A DNA stretch of 64,000 bases. It comes from Octopus vulgaris. Taxonomy: Eukaryota. The notes beneath the pieces are model-generated. The model had not been told where the DNA came from and did no database searches. It saw nothing but the letters and a program-made list of their open reading frames with translations. The position numbers and the translations under genes are program-made. Where the stretch lies: contig OX597838.1 in the NCBI GenBank assembly GCA_951406725.2, positions 9,300,001 to 9,364,000 of the forward strand, given 5' to 3'. Below, in pieces: positions 58,414-64,000 of the stretch; position 1 is the stretch's first letter; each line of letters starts with the position of its first letter.

Positions 58414-59415
58414 CTCTTTTACTCTTTTACTTGTTTCAGTCATTTGACTGCGGCCATGCTGGAGCACCGCCTTTAATCGAGCAACTCGACCCCGGGACTT
58501 ATTCTTTTGTAAGCCCAGTACTTATTCTATCGGTCTTTTTTGCCGAACCGCTAAGTGACGGGGACATAAACACACCAGCATCGGTTGTCAAGCAATGCTA
58601 GGGGGACAAACACAGACACACAAACACACACGTGCATATATATATATAACGGGAAGCTTTATGAAAATAAACATATATATATATATATAAAACAAGTCTT
58701 TAACGTTTCGAGCCTACGCTCTTCAACAGAAAGATACACAGAGAGAAAAAAACACAGAAAGAAGGAGAAAAAAAATGCGTGCAGTAGCATATATACGACG
58801 GGCTTAATAGTGCTTTCATACATATATACGTTTTTCCCGTCTACCAAATCCACTCACAAGGCTTTGGTCGGCCCGAGGCTATAGTAGAAGACACTTGCCC
58901 AAGATGCCACACAGTGGGACTGAACCCGGAACCATGTGGTTGGTAAACAAGCTACTTACCACACAGCCACTCCTGCGCCTATAAATATATATGTTTATCT
59001 GATACTGTAGCTTCAGAACAATGAGTCCTTCTTTTACCAGCAAAAATAACGATAGAAAACAAACTCGGGCTGGTCACCGATGTTTTTTTTCTTTTTTTTG
59101 ATCATTGGTTCTGTCTGGTCCAGGTTCACTTTGAGATACACAACAACCGCTGCCTCGATGTAAAGGAAAGATAGAGGAACGTCATAAAACCTTAACCTAC
59201 AAGAAACAAAAATCTCACACGATTGATCCTTTGAGAAGAGGGAAGGATAGATAGGTCACCGACCCTTGTAGAACAAAGTCAAGATAAATATGGAACAAGA
59301 TAATGAATATGGAACAGCACTGGAAGATAAGACGACTGAAATAATCTATGCATATGCTGAGCTTTGATAATTCTGCAGTCGGCCGTGCACAGCCATGGAG
59401 ACCGAACGGGCGTCT

Positions 59416-60349
59416 TTAATTAAGAATGAACATTAACATATGACCTTAACGGGTTTAAGTTTAAAATACTTAGTATCCAATCTCCGTTTTGGTTTTTGAG
59501 ACAATGAAGTGGTAAGTACAAGCGTTGGTTGTTGACGGCGGCGAGCTGGTAGAAACTTTAGCAGGCGGGCGAAATGCTTAGCGGCATTTCGTCTGAGTTC
59601 AAATTCTGCCGAGGTCGACTTTGCCTTTCATTAATTAAGAATGAACATTAACATATGACCTTGGGTTTAAGTTTAAAATACTTAGTATCCAATCTCCGTT
59701 TTGGTTTTTGAGACAATGAAGTGGTAAGTACAAGCGTTGGTTGTTGACGGCGGCGAGCTGGTAGAAAGGTTAGCAGGCGGGCGAAATGCTTAGCGGCATT
59801 TCGTCTGAGTTCAAATTCTGCCGAGGTCGACTTTGCCTTTCATCCTTTCGGGGTCGATAAATGAAGTACCAGTTACGCACTGGGGTCGATGTTATCAACA
59901 TAATCCCTTTGTCTGTCCTTGTTTGTCCCCTCTGTGTTTAGCCCCTTGTCGGTAGTAAAGAAATAGGTATTTCGTCTGTCGCTACGTTGTGAGTTCAAAT
60001 TACGCCGAGGTCCACTTTGCCTTTCATCCTTTCGGGGTCGATAAATGAAGTACCTGTTACGCACTGGGGTCGATGTTATCAACATAATCCCTTTGTCTGT
60101 CCTTGTTTGTCCCCTCTGTGTTTAGCCCCTTGTCGGTAGTAAAGAAATAGGTATTTCGTCTGTCGCTACGTTGTGAGTTCAAATTACGCCGAGGTCCACT
60201 TTGCCTTTCATCCTTTCGGGGTCGATAAATGAAGTACCAGTTACGCACTGGGTTCGATGTTATCAACAAAATCCCTTTGTCTGTCCTTGTTTGTCCCCTC
60301 TATGTTTAGCTCCTTGTGGGCAATAAAGAAATATGAAGCGTTGGTTGTT
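59416..60349 (+). mobile_element. SINE family 1 trimer plus a tandem duplication (about 213 bp) of flank and head
   Basis: 59416-59630 is repeated at 59631-59840; three units of about 180-184 bp follow. TSD AAGCGTTGGTTGTT at 59732 and 60336. Confidence 0.85.
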
Positions 60350-61019
60350 CTTAATGTAGTAGTTTATACTAGGAGAGTGAGTTCAATTCATGTGTTAGGA
60401 TAAGAGAAATTCGAAGGATTGCCTTGATGCAAAAGTAGAACATCTCGTACGTTTAAAAAAGCAAAAGATGTTGGGTCGAGTCCCAGGGGTAGCCTTTGTT
60501 TTTTTTCCATTCAAATGATATTTTAATCCAATTTTTACACGCCATTATTTACAGCTTTATCTATTTCGAATTCAGCCATTGTCTACGAATCATTTCACGT
60601 GTCCCGAAGTTTCTAAATTCTCATGACGAACACAACATATAATTCTCGGTGGTAAAAACGATGCTTCTAAAATGGATAGAGAAATTAAAAAGATTGCTTT
60701 GCTCCAATGGTACAACGTCTGACATGTTTAAAGAAGACAAAGGTTCATGCCCAGTGGACAGCTTTCGACTTTTTCGAAAGTGTTTCTTAAACACGCTCTT
60801 ATTTTTAGCTTTATTCATTTCGAGCTCCACCATTATATCCAAAATGGAGACAAGCACTAATTTTTCTAAGTGATCGACTTGAAATATTGTTGACAGTTTT
60901 TAAACATGAAACCAATGGTAGCCTTAGTATACAAATAAAGAAACTTTATTCACCAATGTTGTGTTGAATGCTCATTTTCATTGTTCGATATTTACACAAA
61001 CAGACAGACAGACAGACAG

Positions 61020-61076
<57 letters not shown>

Positions 61077-61177
61077 CACATACATACATACATACATATA
61101 TAAAACATACAAATCTGCACATACATACATACATACATACATACATACTTACATGCATACATACATACATACATACA

Positions 61178-61209
<32 letters not shown>

Positions 61210-61538
61210 CTTACTGCCTCACTTGGCTCCCCTCTCCATGCCTGTACCATTTTTTTTCAGCGTTCAACTTGATTGAAATCAGAAATGACTCCGAGGAGAA
61301 TCGCATTAATTTTCTTGGTCGTTCAGTTTTTCTCAACCGATCAATCGATAGGTCAACTGAGTAAACCAATCAATAAAGAACCAATAATGACTACAAGAAA
61401 CAGATGTAAAGTCAAATTCACAGCAACAAAGAACTACGTCAAGACCATTAATTATGCCTTGTCTTACATACACACACAAACACACAAACAGACATATACA
61501 TAAGTGGTATCTGATATAAACCTATTAGTCCAAAATAT

Positions 61539-61583
<45 letters not shown>

Positions 61584-61584
61584 T

Positions 61585-61882
61585 CTCTCTATCCGCTCAG
61601 TCGAAGTCGACTCTCGGTCACTCGTTGGATCAGTGTCTTCCAGTCAGTTCTATCCTGGGCCGCTTCTTTCAGATTGGCTATGTCCATTCCGGTATCACTC
61701 CTGATGGCGTCAAGCCAGCGGGTTCTTGGTCGGCCTCTTCCTCTATTGCCACTGACCATTCCGAGCATGATGTCCTTCTCCAGGGATTCTCTCCGCATAA
61801 TATGACCGAAATATGCCAATCTACGTTTGGTGATCCCAGCTTCTAGCGACATTTTCGGCCTGATCTGCTTAAGAACTTCTCC
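61585..61882 (-). mobile_element. RTE (BovB-like) LINE 3' end
   Basis: RLAYFGHIMRRESLEKDIMLG...RGRGRPRTRWLD...AQDRTDWK is the RTE ORF C-terminal signature; short (GA)n tail. Confidence 0.9.
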
Positions 61883-62122
61883 ATATATAGATGTAATATT
61901 TTGGACTAATAGGTTTATGTCAGACACCACTTTCTGTATGAATGTACTTGATGTGACCCAGACTGTAAAACTGATGCAACACAATATGATGCACAGCATC
62001 CCACCCATAAGGGCCAGTCGCAGGATGGATCGAAACGATTGTCTTACAAAATAAAGTTATACCAAATTCAGCTTTTGTTTCCCTAATCGATTATTATTAT
62101 TGTCGTTATTGTCGTTGTTGTC

Positions 62123-62185
<63 letters not shown>

Positions 62186-62187
<2 letters not shown>

Positions 62188-62528
62188 GTTCTTTCCTTCT
62201 TTCTTCAAATGTTCTTCCGTTTCTCGCCGAGTGTTTTCCGTACACCTAGGGCAGAGAAGCTCATTGTATGCATTCCCAGATTACACACGCAAATTCACAG
62301 ATAAAACATGTATTTAAAAATTAATAAATAAATAAATTCATGGATGGATGTTGTTTTCACAGTGATAATGCTCTTCTCAGTACATGAGCCGTTCCAGTTA
62401 ATACGATTTTTTGCACTTCCTGTAGGGATGGTAAGCCTGGAATCATTTCCAAATAGGTTTCAGTACGTTTTTTTATCATTCCCAGAGATCCTACAACCAC
62501 TGGTACTGTAGTCGCCTTGAGATGCCAC

Positions 62529-62532
<4 letters not shown>
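62186..62532 (-). mobile_element. Second R4/Dong-type element, extreme 3' fragment (not in the ORF track)
   Basis: 62530-62357 translates MWHLKATTVPVVVGSLGMIKKRTETYLEMIPGLPSLQEVQKIVLTGTAHVLRRALSL*, aligning without gaps to the C-terminus of the 38918 ORF. (TTA)n on both sides. Confidence 0.88.
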
Positions 62533-62597
<65 letters not shown>

Positions 62598-62602
62598 CAT
62601 CA

Positions 62603-62781
<179 letters not shown>

Positions 62782-63867
62782 TATTATTATTATTATTGTA
62801 AACAGATAAGCAAGGACGGAAACAGACAAAAAGTTTTAAACGACAAGTTATTCACGTTTTGCTTGAAGGATCTTGTATGGGCACACACATACGTGTGTAC
62901 GTGAGTGTGGTAGAGTGTGTGTGTGTGTGCGTGTGTGTGTAATCTAGTTCGAGCGCCTAACAAGGATGTCCCTGGTATGAACAACAAGAATAAGAGCAAT
63001 CTACCCTGATCAAGTTAATAAAGTTTTCGGCTTCGAATTCCAAGAATTTTATCAAATACGTCAAGCACATGAAGAGAACCAGAAAGTACAGCAGACGAAA
63101 TACTGAGACTATTATAAACATGATGAGAAGAATAGTCTGTATATATCAGTATTCAATACAGGTTTCAAATTTTGGCACAAGACCAGAAAATCTAGGGGCA
63201 GTGGGGAGAAGTCGGTTACAGCAAACTCATTATTTAAATGCTACTTACTTTATTAACCCCGAAAGGATGTAGAGCCAAATCGGCCATGAAGGAATTTCAA
63301 CTCAGAAAGTGAAGACGGACGAAATGCCGCTTTGTAGTATGCCCTGTGTGCATAACGATTCTTATTTCTTTATTGCCCACAAGGGGCTAAACATAGAAGG
63401 GACAAACAAGGACAGACAAAGGGATTAAGTCGATTATATCGACCACAGTGCATAACTGGTACTTAATTTATCGACTCCGAAAGGATGAAAGGCAAAGTTG
63501 ACCTCGGCGGAATTTGAACTCAGAACGTAACGGCAGACGAAATACTGTTAAGCATTTCGCCCGGCGTGCTAACGACTCTGCCAGCTCATTCACCTTATAT
63601 CTGTATATAATCCTTTCTACTTTAGGCACAAGGCCTAAAATTCCGGGGAAGGAGCTGGTAGATTACATTGACCCCAGTACTCAACTGGTACTTATTTTAT
63701 CGACCCCGAAAGGATGAAAGGCAAAGTTGACCTCGGTGGAATTTGAACTCAGAATGTAAAGCCTAAAAAAATGCATCCAGCGTGCTAATGATTGAGCCAG
63801 CTCGCCGCAGGGATTATATGGCGTGAGTCATAACTGTTCTTTTGTTTATATTTATAAAGTATTGTGT

Positions 63868-64000
63868 CAGGAACAAATTCCAACTGTTCTTTCGGTTGAC
63901 GGCACGCATTTAGTTGTGACTGTTTTTGATCTTCTGAGAACAAACGGGGCACAAATTTTACTGCAACTCTTTTCATTTGCAATTCATCGCTCAAAATTCG
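63868..64000 (-). pseudogene. Mariner transposase fragment (linker region), running off the window
   Basis: LQMKRVAVKFVPRLFSEDQKQ contains the (W/F)VP(R/H).L linker motif. Confidence 0.7.

Noticed and set aside
60621-60873. Overlapping 74-78 aa non-repetitive ORFs
   Set aside because: They are short with no recognisable motif and cannot be supported as coding.

Overview
AT-rich, extremely microsatellite-dense animal genomic DNA. The tRNA-derived SINE repertoire and repeat density suggest an octopus (cephalopod) genome; this is inferred, not checked against a database. Almost all ORFs in the supplied track are simple-repeat artefacts. The only convincing cellular gene is a class A (rhodopsin-like) orphan GPCR on the + strand, ending at 46474. 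It has several altered activation motifs and no in-frame ATG before TM4, so it needs a 1-nt frame correction near 44470 or an upstream exon. The rest is mobile-element debris: at least 4 tRNA-headed SINE families, two R4/Dong-type REL-endonuclease LINEs each sitting inside (TAA)n, CR1/L2, RTE and Tx1-like LINE 3' ends, a Penelope-like GIY-YIG remnant, mariner/Tc1 and hAT remnants, and Helitrons. The most interesting signal is a set of about 9 short, mostly (TA)n-associated and sometimes fold-back elements that fold by eye into minimal type I hammerhead ribozymes. They fall into 5 sequence families with different catalytic-core variants (canonical, U4C, A6U, G3-C8 swap). A SINE that appears to insert preferentially into its own head and may borrow a Tx1-like LINE tail is also notable. 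All calls are by eye and no searches were run.
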